Origin: an uncultured Acidobacteriota bacterium | GTDB lineage: Bacteria; Acidobacteriota; Thermoanaerobaculia; Multivoradales; SZUA-115 | Assembly: GCA_963805975.1 (NCBI GenBank) | Contig: CAWDVR010000002.1 | Coordinates: 960,001 to 1,024,000, forward strand | Reading direction: 5' to 3' | Length of the DNA stretch: 64,000 nucleotides | Part shown: in pieces, positions 1-16,963 of the stretch | Position numbering within the stretch: the first letter of the stretch is position 1 | Layout of the letters: each line of letters starts with the position of its first letter | Translations under genes and position numbers: made by a program | Notes under the pieces: generated by a model | Databases searched by the model: none | Told to the model about the DNA's origin: nothing | What the model saw: only the letters and a program-made list of their open reading frames with translations

Positions 1-652
1 GCGGCGTAGTCGGCGTACTGGACGGGAAGCGGCGGCAGCGCGGCCTCGCGGCCCGCGAGCCGCGCTTCGTAGAGCGCCACCAGCTCCGACCGCAGCACGC
101 CCGAGGACCAGGCGTCGAAGACGATGTGATGGGTGGTCGCGAGCAGCAGGTGCTCCTGCGCGCCGAGCCGCACCAGCCTGCGGCGCTGCAGCCAGCCGGC
201 GGCGAGCGCGAACGGGCGATCGGCCTCGCGGCCGGCGAGCTCCAGGGCCACGCCTTCGCGCGCCGGCTCGGGAAGCGCCGAAAGATCGATCACCGGCAGC
301 GGCAAGCGCCCTGCCGGCGGCGGCGAGATCGCCTGCACGGGCGCGCCGTCGCGTTCGACGATCGCGGTGCGCAGCGTCTCGTGGCGGCGGACGAGCGCGG
401 TCAGCGCCTCGGCCAGGGCCACCACCTCCAGCGCTCCCCCCAGCCGCAGGTGGGTGGTGAGGTTGTAGGAGGCGGTGCCCGGAGCGAGGCGGTCGAGGAA
501 CCACAGCCGCGCCTGGGCGAGCGCCGCCGCCGGCTCCGTCCCCGGGTCGCGCCGCGGGATCGCCTCGGGCTCGCCGGCGCGCTGGCGCAGGCGGCGGCGC
601 AGGGCCTCGCGCTGCGCCGGCGTAAGGTCCGCGAGGCGGGCCGCGAGATCGG

Positions 653-656
<4 letters not shown>
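1..656 (-). CDS. NRPS, N-terminal part with condensation domain (continues beyond window start)
   Basis: Manual translation from GTG at 656 (GTGA overlap with upstream stop at 653-655): VTDLAARLADLTPAQREALRRRL...AQARLWFLDRLAPGTASYN...RRHETLRT...THHIVFDAWSS...LPVQYADYA; these are C-domain core motifs. Confidence 0.9.
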
Positions 657-7474
<6,818 letters not shown>

Positions 7475-7478
<4 letters not shown>

Positions 7479-9031
7479 GCCGGCCCCGGAAGCGGCGCCG
7501 GCCCGGCAGCCGGCCCCAGGGCCGATTCGGAGCCTGGTTCGAAGGTGGCGAGCGGCGTGCGGCGGAGGATCTCCCGCACCGCGAGCACCAGGCCGAGGAC
7601 CTGGCCGGCGAGCGACAGCAGCACCCTGCCCACCGGGCCCGGCAAAGGCATGCCGCTGAACGGCAGCACGGTGGATAGGACGATCCAGGCGAGCCCCACC
7701 CCCACGTAGGTCCGCGGCCAGGCCGGCAGCTCGGGCACGAGGAGGAGGAGGAGCAACAAGGGACCGAAGAGGGCGTAAGCGTCCGGCTCGAAGGGGCTGC
7801 GCAGGGCGGCCAGCGTGAGGAGCGCGAGCCAGATGCGCGCCTGGCGCAGCCGCGTCGCTCCCGCCACCCGCCGCGCCGCCACGACCGCCAGCCCGACCAG
7901 GAGCAGCGTGTAGACAGTCCCCACCAGCTTGGGCGCCGCCGGCCCGGCCTCGGGCAGGCCCAGGAGCGGCAGCTTCCACACCAGGCCGGGGATGGTGCCG
8001 TTGATCGCCGCCACCGCCCACAGATCCTCGTTGCCCAGCCAGGCGAAGGCCTCGCCGGAGAGCATCCGCGGCAGCTCGAAGGTCAGGAACGAAGAGAACG
8101 GCGCCCAGCTCAGCCAGGCCACGGCCAGGGCGGCATACAGGGCCATGAAGGCCGCCGTCCAGGCCACGGCCCGAAAACGCCGCCGGGCGGCGAGCTCGAT
8201 CAGCAACAGTCCGGGAAACATCTTGCTCGCGGTGGTCAGGGCGAGGAGCGCGGCGCCGGTGGCGAGGCGTCCGCTCGCCAGGTAGGTCATCGCCACCAGG
8301 GAAAGGGCGAAGGTGACGAGCTGGAAGTTACCGATCTGGAGGGTGAGCACCACGGGGGTCGCGGCGAGGAGGGCCGGGAGGGTCAGCGCGACCACCCAGC
8401 CGGCCCGGCCCCCGACCCAGCGGGCCACCAGCAACACCGACGTGGCGAGCAGAGTGAGATCGAGCGCGAACCAGAGCGCCCGCCAGAACAGGAAGTCGCC
8501 GCCCAGGGCCTGCGCCAGCCGCGGCAGCAGCAGGAAGGTCGGCGGGTAGGGGTACTCGTCGACCCGGAAGCGGCCGATGGTGCCCACGTAGTGACCGGGG
8601 TCGTAGAGATTTTCGGCGGCGGCCTGGGACAGCTCGCCCGCCTTCCAGTAGGCGGAGAAGCAGGAGTGGCCGATGTAGAAGTCGTCGAACCACAGCGCCG
8701 AGTGGCCGGCCTGGGAGGGATCCGCCATGAACTCGGCGAGACCGGTGAGCCGCACCACCGCCAACAGTCCGACGGCGGTCCACACCGCGAGCAGCGCCCG
8801 GCGCCCGGCGAAGATCTCGCGGAGGGCGTGAGGCAGGCGGTGAGCGAGAGCCGGGACGGCGGCGAGCGCGCCCAGCAACGCGGCGAGCGCCGCGGCGGCG
8901 AAGGGCAGGCCGGCAGCGGCCAGCAGCACGGCGGCCACCGGCACCGCGAGCAGCAGGCCGATGCCCGCCACGACCCACCGCGAATCGAGCCCTTGCCGCA
9001 GCTCTTGCTTTTTTTCTTCTTCCACTTCCAT
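7475..9031 (-). CDS. Polytopic membrane glycosyltransferase, GT87/DUF2029-like (GT-C fold)
   Basis: 518 aa with many TM segments; motifs ENLYDP, EYPYPPTFLLL, LQIGNFQ and ASKMFPG resemble DUF2029 alpha-mannosyltransferases. Confidence 0.7.
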
Positions 9032-9210
9032 AACTCAAGGCGGCTGCAGGCAGACCTCCCCCCAAGGGTAGCCACCGGCAACCGCACCTCTCGATCAGAC
9101 TGTTCGAATAATCAAAGGGCAGACCGGCGCACGGGCGCGGCTGCATTCGAACTGAGTGCAACAGATGGGGAAAAGCGGGACACGGTGTAGCGGCCGAGGG
9201 TGCTTATCGA

Positions 9211-9240
9211 TTGACGCCTATCCCCCGATGCACGTAGTGT
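9211..9240 (+). promoter_or_regulatory. Possible sigma70 promoter for the VPS10-like gene
   Basis: TTGACG-N18-TAGTGT, followed by SD GGAGG before ATG 9269. Confidence 0.35.
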
Positions 9241-9268
9241 TTGCACCGAACTCCCTCGGAGGAATGTC

Positions 9269-12200
9269 ATGCGCCAGGTCACCGGGCCGTGGAAGCGATT
9301 CGTCTGCCTCACCGCCATCCTGGCGCTCGGGGCCTCCGCGCTCCCCGTCTCGGCCGGCGGGCCGGAAGTGTTCGAGAACCTGGAGTTTCGCTCCATCGGC
9401 CCGGCCATCGGCGGGCGGGTGTCGCGGGTCTCGGGCGTGGCCGGCGACCCTCTCACCTGGTACGCGGCCACGGCCGGCGGCGGGGTGTGGAAGTCGGCGG
9501 ACGGCGGGCGCCGCTGGGAGCCGATCTTCGACCAGCCAGGACATGGCCTCCATCGGCTCGATCGCCGTGGCGCCGAGCGACCCCAACGTGCTCTACGTGG
9601 GCTCCGGCGAGGCCAACATCCGCGGCAACGTCTCGGCCGGCAACGGCATCTACAAGTCGACCGACGCCGGCCGCACCTGGACCCACGTCTGGAGCCAGAT
9701 CGGCCAGATCGGCACCATGGCCGTGCATCCCACGAACCCGGACGTCGCCTTCGCCGCCGTGCTCGGCCACGCCTTCGGCCCCAACCCGGAGCGCGGCGTC
9801 TACCGCACCACCGACGGCGGCGCCTCCTGGAAGCGGGTGCTGGGCAAGGACGAGCACACCGGCGCCTCGGACGTGGCTTTCGATCCCAACAATCCGCGAA
9901 TCCTCTTCGCCGGCCTGTGGCAGGCGCGGCGCCGGCCCTGGGAGATGACGAGCGGCGGGCCGGGGAGCGGCCTCTACCGCTCGACGGACGGCGGCGAGTC
10001 CTGGAAACAGCTCACCGGCAAGGGCCTGCCGGAGGGTATCTGGGGCAAGGTGGGGGTGGCGGTGGCGCGCTCCGACAGCCGGCGCGTCTACGCGCTGATC
10101 GAGGCCGAGGAGGGCGGGCTCTTCCGCTCGGACGACGGCGGCCTCAGCTGGAAGCTCGCCAACGGCCACCACGCGCTCCGGCAGCGCGCCTGGTACTACA
10201 CGGTGCTGACCGTCGACCCGACCCAGGCCGACGTGGTGTGGTTCCCGCAGGTGCCGATGCTGCGCACCATCGACGGCGGCAAGACGATCCACAACGTCGG
10301 CGGCTTCCACCACGGCGACCACCACGACCTGTGGATCGATCCCACCGACCCGCGGCGCTTGATCGCCGGCAACGACGGCGGCGTCGACCTCTCCTTCGAC
10401 GGCGGCAAGAGCTGGTTCGGGCCGCCGCTCCCCTGGGCGCAGTTCTACAACATCGACGTCGACCAGCGGGAGCCCTACCACGTGGGCGGCACCATCCAGG
10501 ACCAGGGCACCGCCTCCGGGCCCAGCAACAGCCTGGTCTCGGGAGGCATCCCGCTGGGCATGTGGCAGGCGGTGGGGGGCGGCGAGGCGGGCGACTTCGC
10601 CTACGACCTGGGGGAGGTCGGGCAGATCTACGCCGGCGAGTACGGCGGCATCATCACCCACTACGACGAGGCGACCCGGCAGGCGAAGAACGTCTGCATC
10701 TACCCCACCAACCCCTCCGGCCACGGCGGCGAGGATCTGCGCGTCCGCTTCCAGTGGACGGCGCCAATCGCCGTCTCGCCGCACGACCCGCGCGAGCTGT
10801 ACCACGGCGCCAACGTGCTCTTCCGCTCGCTCGACCGCGGCCAGACCTGGGCCCAGGTGAGCCCCGATCTGACCCGCAACGACAAGACCAAGCAGAAGTG
10901 GTCCGGCGGCCCGCTCACCGGCGACAACACCGGCGTCGAGATCTACGACACCATCTTCTCGATCGCCGTCTCGCCGCTCACCGCGGGCGAGATCTGGGTA
11001 GGGAGCGACGACGGCCTCGTCCACGTGACGCGCGACGGCGCCGCGAGCTGGCAGAACGTCACGCCGCCGGGCGTGCCGGAATGGGGCACGATCGAGTCCA
11101 TCGCCGCCTCGCGCCACACCCCCGGCACCGCCTACGTGGTGGTGGACAACCACCGCATGGACGACTACCGCCCCTACCTGTTCCGGACCACCGACCACGG
11201 CAAGACCTGGAAGAGCCTGCTCGGAAACCTGCCGCAGGACGTTCCCCTGCTCTCGATCCGCGAGGACTCGAAGCGCGCCGACCTCCTCTTCCTGGGCACC
11301 GAGAAGGGGGTCTCGTTTTCGAAGAACGGCGGCCAGAGCTGGGAGCGGCTGAAGCTCAACCTGCCGACCGTGGCGGTGCCCGACCTAGTGGTCCGGGGGG
11401 ACGACCTGGTGATCGCCACGCGGGGCCGGTCGCTGTGGATCCTCGACGACTTCTCGCCGCTCCGCGACTGGTCCGAGCAGACGGCAGCCGAGGCCGTCCA
11501 CCTCTTCGCGCCGCGGCCGGCGCGACGCTGGGGCTACGGCTCCGGCTGGAGCGAGGAGGCGCAGGGCGAGAACCCGACCTATGGCGCGCTCCTCCACTAC
11601 GCATTGAAAGCGAAGGCCGAGGACGAGGTGACGCTCGAGATCTTCGACTCTCGCGGGCGTCTGGCGAGGAAGCTCACCAGCACCGCCGAGGTCCCCGAGT
11701 ACCCCGAGGACGACCCGGACGAGCCATCGTCGCCGCCGGAGGCCGAGCTCTCGGCCGAGCCCGGCCTGCACCGCGCCTCCTGGGACCTGTCCTACGGCGG
11801 CGCCGAGCGCCTGGACAAGGCCAAGGTCGATCTCGGCAGCCCGCGCGAGGGCCCGCTCGCGCCGCCGGGCGCCTACACGCTCAAGCTCACGGCCGGCGAC
11901 AAGGTGGCGGAGGCGCGCCTCGAGGTGCTGCCCGACCCGCGCAGCCAGGTCTCACAGCAGGACTTGGAGGCCCAGCTCGAGTACGGCCTCCGGGTTCGAG
12001 ACGCCATCGACCGGGTGATCCGAGGCGTCCGAGAGGTGCGCTCGATCCGCGAGCAGGCGGCCGACCTCGCCACGCGCCTCGCCGGCCGCGAGGACGCCAA
12101 GCACCTGGTGGCCCAGGCGAAACGCGTCGCCCTGCGCGCAAACGACCTCGAAGCGGAGCTCCACAACCCCGACGCCGAGGTGGTCTACGACATCCTCGCC

Positions 12201-12431
12201 CGGCCGGGCGGCACCCAGCTCTACTCCAACCTGATCTTCGTCTACGAGACCGTCAAGTGGGGCGACGGCCCCCCGACCCAGGGCGCCCAGGAAGTCTTCG
12301 CCGAGCTCCAGGCCGAGCTCGCCCGCCACGAGGCCGAGCTGGCAGACCTGAAGGCCACCGACGTCAAGGCCGTGGACGACGCGGCGCGGGCCCTGGCGCT
12401 GCCGAGGATCGTGGTCGGGGGCGGGAGCTAG
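9269..12431 (+). CDS. Secreted BNR/VPS10-domain glycosyl hydrolase-like protein; one +1 frameshift near 9535
   Basis: Signal peptide and FRSIGPAIGGRV in ORF 9269; continues in the ORF 9156 frame from QDMASIGSIAVAPSDPN; repeated S/T-x-D-x-G-x-S/T-W Asp-boxes; C-terminal helical region. Confidence 0.85.
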
Positions 12432-12543
12432 AGGGCCCAACACGGAGGGCTGACCGGTTTCCTTTTTGCTCTTAGGGGTATCTAACCGATCGAGCCAGCC
12501 GCGACGCCCTGAGCGCGTGGTCGAGCTGAAAAGGAGAGACCCC

Positions 12544-13302
12544 ATGTTCGAACAAGTGATCTCCCACCCCCTGGCAGGACGGCGCCTCGATCCGCGCATC
12601 CTGCCTGCCGCCGTCACCCTGCACGCGGCCATCGCGCTGGTCGCCGTGGTGGCGAACACCTGGCAGATCCAGGAGGTCTCGGCGCCGGACATCGTCGAGC
12701 CGTACGTGCTGGTGTCGATGCCGCGGGAGGAACCTGCGCCGGTGCGCCGGGAGGCCGCCAGGCCGCCGGCCGAGAAGCCGCAGCAGCAGGCCGTGACCCA
12801 GCCGCCGCCCGAGCCACCCGTGCAGCAGCCGAACCCGGAGCAGATGACGACGCCGTCCACGATCCCGGACGATTCGAGCACCGATCTCTCCGACCTGACG
12901 CCGGTCGGCGACACCGGCGACGGCACCGAAACCGGGCCCAGCGGCCCTGGCGGCGGCAACGGCGACTGTGTCGAGAACTGCGGGCCGGCCGAGGGCCAGG
13001 GTGAGGGCGACATCCAGTACCCCTCGGCGGGCATGACACCGCCGCGCGTCATCGAACGGGTGACACCCCAGTATCCGGAGCTCGCGAAGCGGGTACGCAA
13101 GACCGGCCGGGTCATGGTCAAGGCGGTGATCGATGCCACCGGCACGGTGCGCGACGCGCAGGTGATCTCTCACCCGCTCGGGTTCGGGCTCGAGGAGAGC
13201 GCCTTGAAGGCCATCTACAAGTGGCGCTTCGCTCCGGCCCGGCTCGGTGAGCGCCCGCTGGCCGTGTTCTTCAACCTCACGGTGGACTTCTCGCTGCAGT
13301 AA
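12544..13302 (+). CDS. TonB-family energy transducer
   Basis: SD AAGGAG before ATG 12544; TM helix with TLHAA; Pro/Gln-rich linker; C-terminal PQYPELAKR...GRVMVKAVID...WRFAPA domain. Confidence 0.85.
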   Translation: MFEQVISHPLAGRRLDPRILPAAVTLHAAIALVAVVANTWQIQEVSAPDIVEPYVLVSMPREEPAPVRREAARPPAEKPQQQAVTQPPPEPPVQQPNPEQMTTPSTIPDDSSTDLSDLTPVGDTGDGTETGPSGPGGGNGDCVENCGPAEGQGEGDIQYPSAGMTPPRVIERVTPQYPELAKRVRKTGRVMVKAVIDATGTVRDAQVISHPLGFGLEESALKAIYKWRFAPARLGERPLAVFFNLTVDFSLQ

Positions 13303-13318
13303 CCAGTAGCAGGCGGCG

Positions 13319-13346
13319 GGCGAGACGGGGCCGGCCCCGTCTCGCC
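13319..13346. terminator. Perfect 28-bp palindrome between convergent genes (probable bidirectional terminator)
   Basis: ggcgagacggggcc|ggccccgtctcgcc. Confidence 0.6.
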
Positions 13347-13378
13347 GCGGTGCTTTCACGGCCTCGCGCCGCCGCAGC

Positions 13379-14155
13379 TCAGTCGAGGATCTGTACCGGC
13401 ACCGCCTCAGCGAGATTGTCCAAGGTGGTGGTGTCGATGGTGATGGTGCCGGCCTCGAAGTCGACCGTGCCGCGGTAGGTCCCCTGGGTCGGGAGGTTGG
13501 CGTAGAGGTCGTTCGAGATCCTCCCCTGGGCCATGGCCGTGTACTTGCCCGTCGTCAGGTCGAGCGTGCCGGAGCTGGCGCTGTCCGCATCGAAGGTGTA
13601 AGTGTTGACACCGGTGACGCGGCCGTCCGGCAGGCGGAACGACGGCGCCGTGAACAGGCCGGACTCGACCGTGATCTGGCACTGGCTCGGGTCCTCGTCC
13701 GAGGGGCTGGTCGAGACGGTGAAAGTGCCGCTGAACGACTCGAGCCGCACCACCTTGCCGCCCATGGAGCGCGGAAAAGCGATGTCCACGATGTGCGGGG
13801 AGCGCTCGTCGATGGTGAGCTCGGTGCTCGTGCCGCATTCCGCCGCCAGCCCTTTGTGGGCCACCGCCTTCGCCTCCACCTCCTCCGGCACCGCGGTGCC
13901 GTCCGGCGAGCAGACACAGTAGATCAGGCTCGAGATCGGCCGTTTCATGTTGGTGCACTTGCCCGCCTTGCCGTTGATCGTGCACGCCGCGCCCGGCCCG
14001 TCGCAGCCCAGGCCGGGATTGCCGAATTGCGGCGCCTTGAGCTTGCAGTCACCGCCGAGCTCGGCCTCGGCGCGCGGCCCCGGCGAGAGGAGCAGGAAGG
14101 CCGTCATCCCGAGCGTGATTCCGATCTTGTGTGAACGCCACCAGCGAGTGGTCAT
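13379..14155 (-). CDS. Hypothetical secreted protein with a six-Cys N-terminal module
   Basis: SD GGAGG; signal peptide ending AEA; Cys-rich segment followed by a Thr/Gly-rich beta-type domain. Confidence 0.7.
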   Translation of the reverse strand: MTTRWWRSHKIGITLGMTAFLLLSPGPRAEAELGGDCKLKAPQFGNPGLGCDGPGAACTINGKAGKCTNMKRPISSLIYCVCSPDGTAVPEEVEAKAVAHKGLAAECGTSTELTIDERSPHIVDIAFPRSMGGKVVRLESFSGTFTVSTSPSDEDPSQCQITVESGLFTAPSFRLPDGRVTGVNTYTFDADSASSGTLDLTTGKYTAMAQGRISNDLYANLPTQGTYRGTVDFEAGTITIDTTTLDNLAEAVPVQILD

Positions 14156-14265
14156 CGTCGCATCCTCCGGTTGGGGCTCGGTGCGTCCAGTCGCACCACG
14201 AGCCCGACAACCTGGAATGCGGAAAAATCCCGTGGCTCAGCTAAGTCCGGTCCACCGCGCTCCCG

Positions 14266-15066
14266 CTACGCTCGCCGCAGGACCAGCCCGAACACCCGCG
14301 CCAGCAGAAAGAAGCCCGCGCAGACCAGCACGATGGTGCCGCCGGGGGCGAGGTTGAAGGCGTAGGCGAGGGCGAGGCCGGCGATGACGCTCGCCACTCC
14401 GATCGCCATCGCCAGGCCGAGGGTGGAGCGCACGCTCCAGGCGAGGAGGCTGGCGGTCATCACCGGCAGGACCATCAGGGCGGCGACCATCAGCAGGCCC
14501 ACGGCGCGCATGGAGAGGGCGATCGTCACCGCCGCCAGCAGCGAGAGGCCGCCGTTGAGCCATGCCACCGGCAGCCCCGAGGCGCGGGCCCCGTCCTCGT
14601 CCAGCGCCACGGCGAGGAGCGGCCGGTAGAAGGAGGCGAGAGCCGCCAGCACCGCGGCCGAGAGGCCCACCATCCAGATCACCTCGCGGCCGGTCACGGT
14701 GAGAATCGAGCCGAACAGGAAGCCGAAGAGGTTGGCGTTGAGCGCGCGGGCCGCCGAGGCGATCACCACGCCGCCCGCCATGCCGCTGTAGAGCAGCAGC
14801 GCCAGGGCCTGGTCGCCGGCGGTCTTGCCCCGCGCCCGCAGCCACTCCATGGCGGCGGCTCCCGCCACGGCCGAGGCGAGCGCGGTGGCGACCGGGTCCA
14901 CGCCGAGGAAGTAGCCCAGGGCGACACCGGCGAAGGCCGTGTGGCCGATGGCGTCGCCCACCAGGCTCATGCGGCGCTCGACGAGGAAGAAGCCCACTGC
15001 CGGTGCCGCGAGGCCCACTGCCGCGCCGGCCACCAGCGCCATCTGCATAAAGGGGCTGCCTAGCAC
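14266..15066 (-). CDS. znuB: Zn/Mn ABC transporter permease
   Basis: RRMSLVGDAIGHTAFAGVA, FLFGSIL; GTG start overlaps the ATPase stop. Confidence 0.88.
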   Translation of the reverse strand: MLGSPFMQMALVAGAAVGLAAPAVGFFLVERRMSLVGDAIGHTAFAGVALGYFLGVDPVATALASAVAGAAAMEWLRARGKTAGDQALALLLYSGMAGGVVIASAARALNANLFGFLFGSILTVTGREVIWMVGLSAAVLAALASFYRPLLAVALDEDGARASGLPVAWLNGGLSLLAAVTIALSMRAVGLLMVAALMVLPVMTASLLAWSVRSTLGLAMAIGVASVIAGLALAYAFNLAPGGTIVLVCAGFFLLARVFGLVLRRA

Positions 15067-15794
15067 GGCCCGCCTCGCGGATGGGCGTGCGACGGGTCGT
15101 GCCAGAGCTGCGGCAGGCCGGAGACCGGGCCGTCGTAGGTGATGCCACCGCGCACCAGGATCAGTCGCTCGGCGTGGTCCTCGATGGCACCGAACTCGTG
15201 CGAGACGTAGAGCACCGTCACGCCCAGCTCGCGGTGCAGCTCGGCGAGCGTGTCTCCCAATCGCTCCTGGGCGTCCGTGTCCACTCCCACGGTGGGCTCG
15301 TCGAGGGCGATGAGGCTCGGCTGGCCGGCGAGGAGCTTGGCCAGAAAGGCCCGCTGTTGCTGGCCGCCGGAGAGATTCGCGACCGGGCGGTCGATCACCG
15401 CGGACAGGCCCACCTGCTCGACGGCGCGCTCCGCCTGCCGGCGCCCCTCGCGGGACAGTGGTCCGAACCGGCGCTCGACCGCGGCGCGCCCGGCCTCGAC
15501 CAGCTCCCGCACCGTGGCCGGGGCGGACACTCCCAGCGCGGCACGCTGCGGCAGGTAGCCGACGCGGGCGCGGCGCGAGGAGCGGTGGGCCGGCTCGCCG
15601 AAGAGGAGCGCGCGGCCGGCGGTGGGCAGCTCGAGCCCCAGGATCAGCTTGAGCAGGGTGGTCTTGCCGCCCCCGTTGGGGCCGGCGATCGCCACCAGCT
15701 CTCCGGCGTCGATCGCGAGGTCGACCCCGGAGAGCACCGGCACACCCCGGCCGTAGCCGTAGGAGACACCGGCGAGCTCGATCACGCGCTGCAT
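15060..15794 (-). CDS. znuC: Zn/Mn ABC transporter ATPase
   Basis: Walker A GPNGGGKTT, signature LSGGQQQR, LDEP, H-loop VSHE. Confidence 0.9.
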   Translation of the reverse strand: MQRVIELAGVSYGYGRGVPVLSGVDLAIDAGELVAIAGPNGGGKTTLLKLILGLELPTAGRALLFGEPAHRSSRRARVGYLPQRAALGVSAPATVRELVEAGRAAVERRFGPLSREGRRQAERAVEQVGLSAVIDRPVANLSGGQQQRAFLAKLLAGQPSLIALDEPTVGVDTDAQERLGDTLAELHRELGVTVLYVSHEFGAIEDHAERLILVRGGITYDGPVSGLPQLWHDPSHAHPRGGPC

Positions 15795-16687
15795 TCGAGG
15801 CCCTGCCGCAGCCGCGCGAGGTTCTGGCGCAGGATCGAGAAGTAGTCCTCGCCGCGCCGTGCCTGCTCGACGCCCAGCGCCTCGAGCGGATCGAGGACCG
15901 CGGTGGTGGCGCCGATCTCGCGCGCCAGCGTCTCGGCAACGTCCGGCGACACCAGCGGCTCGGTGAAGACGGTGGTGGCGCCGGCAGCGCGGGCGCGGGC
16001 GACGATCGCCTCCAGGTCGCGGGGCGCGATCTCGCCCTCGGGCTCCCAGCCGGCGATCGAGATCTGGGTCAGGCCATAGCGGTCCGCGAGATAGCCGAAG
16101 GCCGCGTGAGCGGTGACGATCTCGCGCCGCCGGCAGTGGGCGAGGCCCTGCTCGAGCTCGCGGTCCAGCGCTTCGAGCTCGGCGGTGAAGCGAGCGGCGC
16201 GCCCGGGCTCGCCCAGCTCACGGGCGATCGCCGCGGCCACCGCGGCAAATCGCCGCGGGTCGAGCCAGACGTGGGGGTCCACCGCGGGAGCACCATGGTG
16301 GTGCGAAGCCGGCTGGGCGGCGAGCAGCGCCAGGCCCTCGATGCGCAGCACGTCGAGCGAGGGCTTGCCGCGGCCGGTGACCAGGTTGTCGACGAGAGGC
16401 TGCAGCCCTGAGAGATAGACGACGAGGTCAGCGTCGCGGACGGTCGCGACGTCGGCCGGCGCCAGGTCGAGGTCGTGCGGCTCGACGCCGGCGGGCGTCA
16501 GGCTGACGATCTCCACGCCCTCCCCCGCCACCCGCTGCGCCGCGAACGCCAGCGGGTAGAACGCCGCCACCACCCGCTGGCGACCGGGCTCGCCGGCCGG
16601 CCCTCCTCCGGCCGCCCGGCTGCAACCGGTAGCGGTGGCGAGAGCCACGAGGAGCAGCAGTGGACGGAGGAGGCGGGAAGCTTTCAT
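15782..16687 (-). CDS. znuA: Zn ABC transporter substrate-binding lipoprotein
   Basis: Lipobox ATGC; GVEPHD; His loop SHHHG; DPHVWLDP; HAAFGYLA; LDPLE. Confidence 0.9.
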   Translation of the reverse strand: MKASRLLRPLLLLVALATATGCSRAAGGGPAGEPGRQRVVAAFYPLAFAAQRVAGEGVEIVSLTPAGVEPHDLDLAPADVATVRDADLVVYLSGLQPLVDNLVTGRGKPSLDVLRIEGLALLAAQPASHHHGAPAVDPHVWLDPRRFAAVAAAIARELGEPGRAARFTAELEALDRELEQGLAHCRRREIVTAHAAFGYLADRYGLTQISIAGWEPEGEIAPRDLEAIVARARAAGATTVFTEPLVSPDVAETLAREIGATTAVLDPLEALGVEQARRGEDYFSILRQNLARLRQGLECSA

Positions 16688-16738
16688 AAAAAAGCACTTG
16701 ACGATAGCAGCTTCTCAGTAGAGCCCGGCACGGCAACG

Positions 16739-16946
16739 CCCCTCACCCCAGCCCTCTCCCCGCTCACGCGGGGCGAGGGGGCCAGACGGGGCACACTCGC
16801 TTCGCGGCAGGGAGACACGGCCGGCACAGGCCTGGCCGCTACGTCTTCTGGTTCCCTCGCTCCCTCTGGGAAGGGCGACCGCCGGTCGCCCCTACAATTC
16901 TGGTCCCCTCGCCCCGCGTCAGCGGGGAGAGGGTTAGGGTGAGGGG
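16739..16946. repeat. Mosaic repeat: two inverted BoxC-like units (16739-16781, 16905-16946) flanking two GTAG-type REPs (16817-16842, 16872-16895)
   Basis: CCCCTCACCCCAGCCCTCTCCCC...GGGGCGAGGGG and its inverse; ACGGCCGGCACAGGCCTGGCCGCTAC; AGGGCGACCGCCGGTCGCCCCTAC. Confidence 0.85.
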
Positions 16947-16963
16947 CGCCGCAACGGCAGCAC

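Noticed and set aside
9530-9545. Frameshift in the VPS10-like gene as pseudogene or programmed frameshift
   Set aside because: Single extra base, no slippery sequence, rest of the gene intact; assembly error is more likely, though reads are needed to confirm
12445-12490. Possible ECF sigma promoter upstream of tonB
   Set aside because: A TCTAA-like -10 is present but there is no convincing -35 at the proper spacing
16698-16720. Possible Zur box upstream of znuA (TTGACGATAGCAGCTTCTCAGT)
   Set aside because: Only a weak, imperfect dyad whose spacing does not fit Zur consensus sequences I know; unsupported without comparative data
16739-16946. Inverted repeats as IS or MITE ends, or a telomere-like TTAGGG
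   Set aside because: No transposase or target-site duplication seen; they fit dispersed BoxC/REP-type repeats
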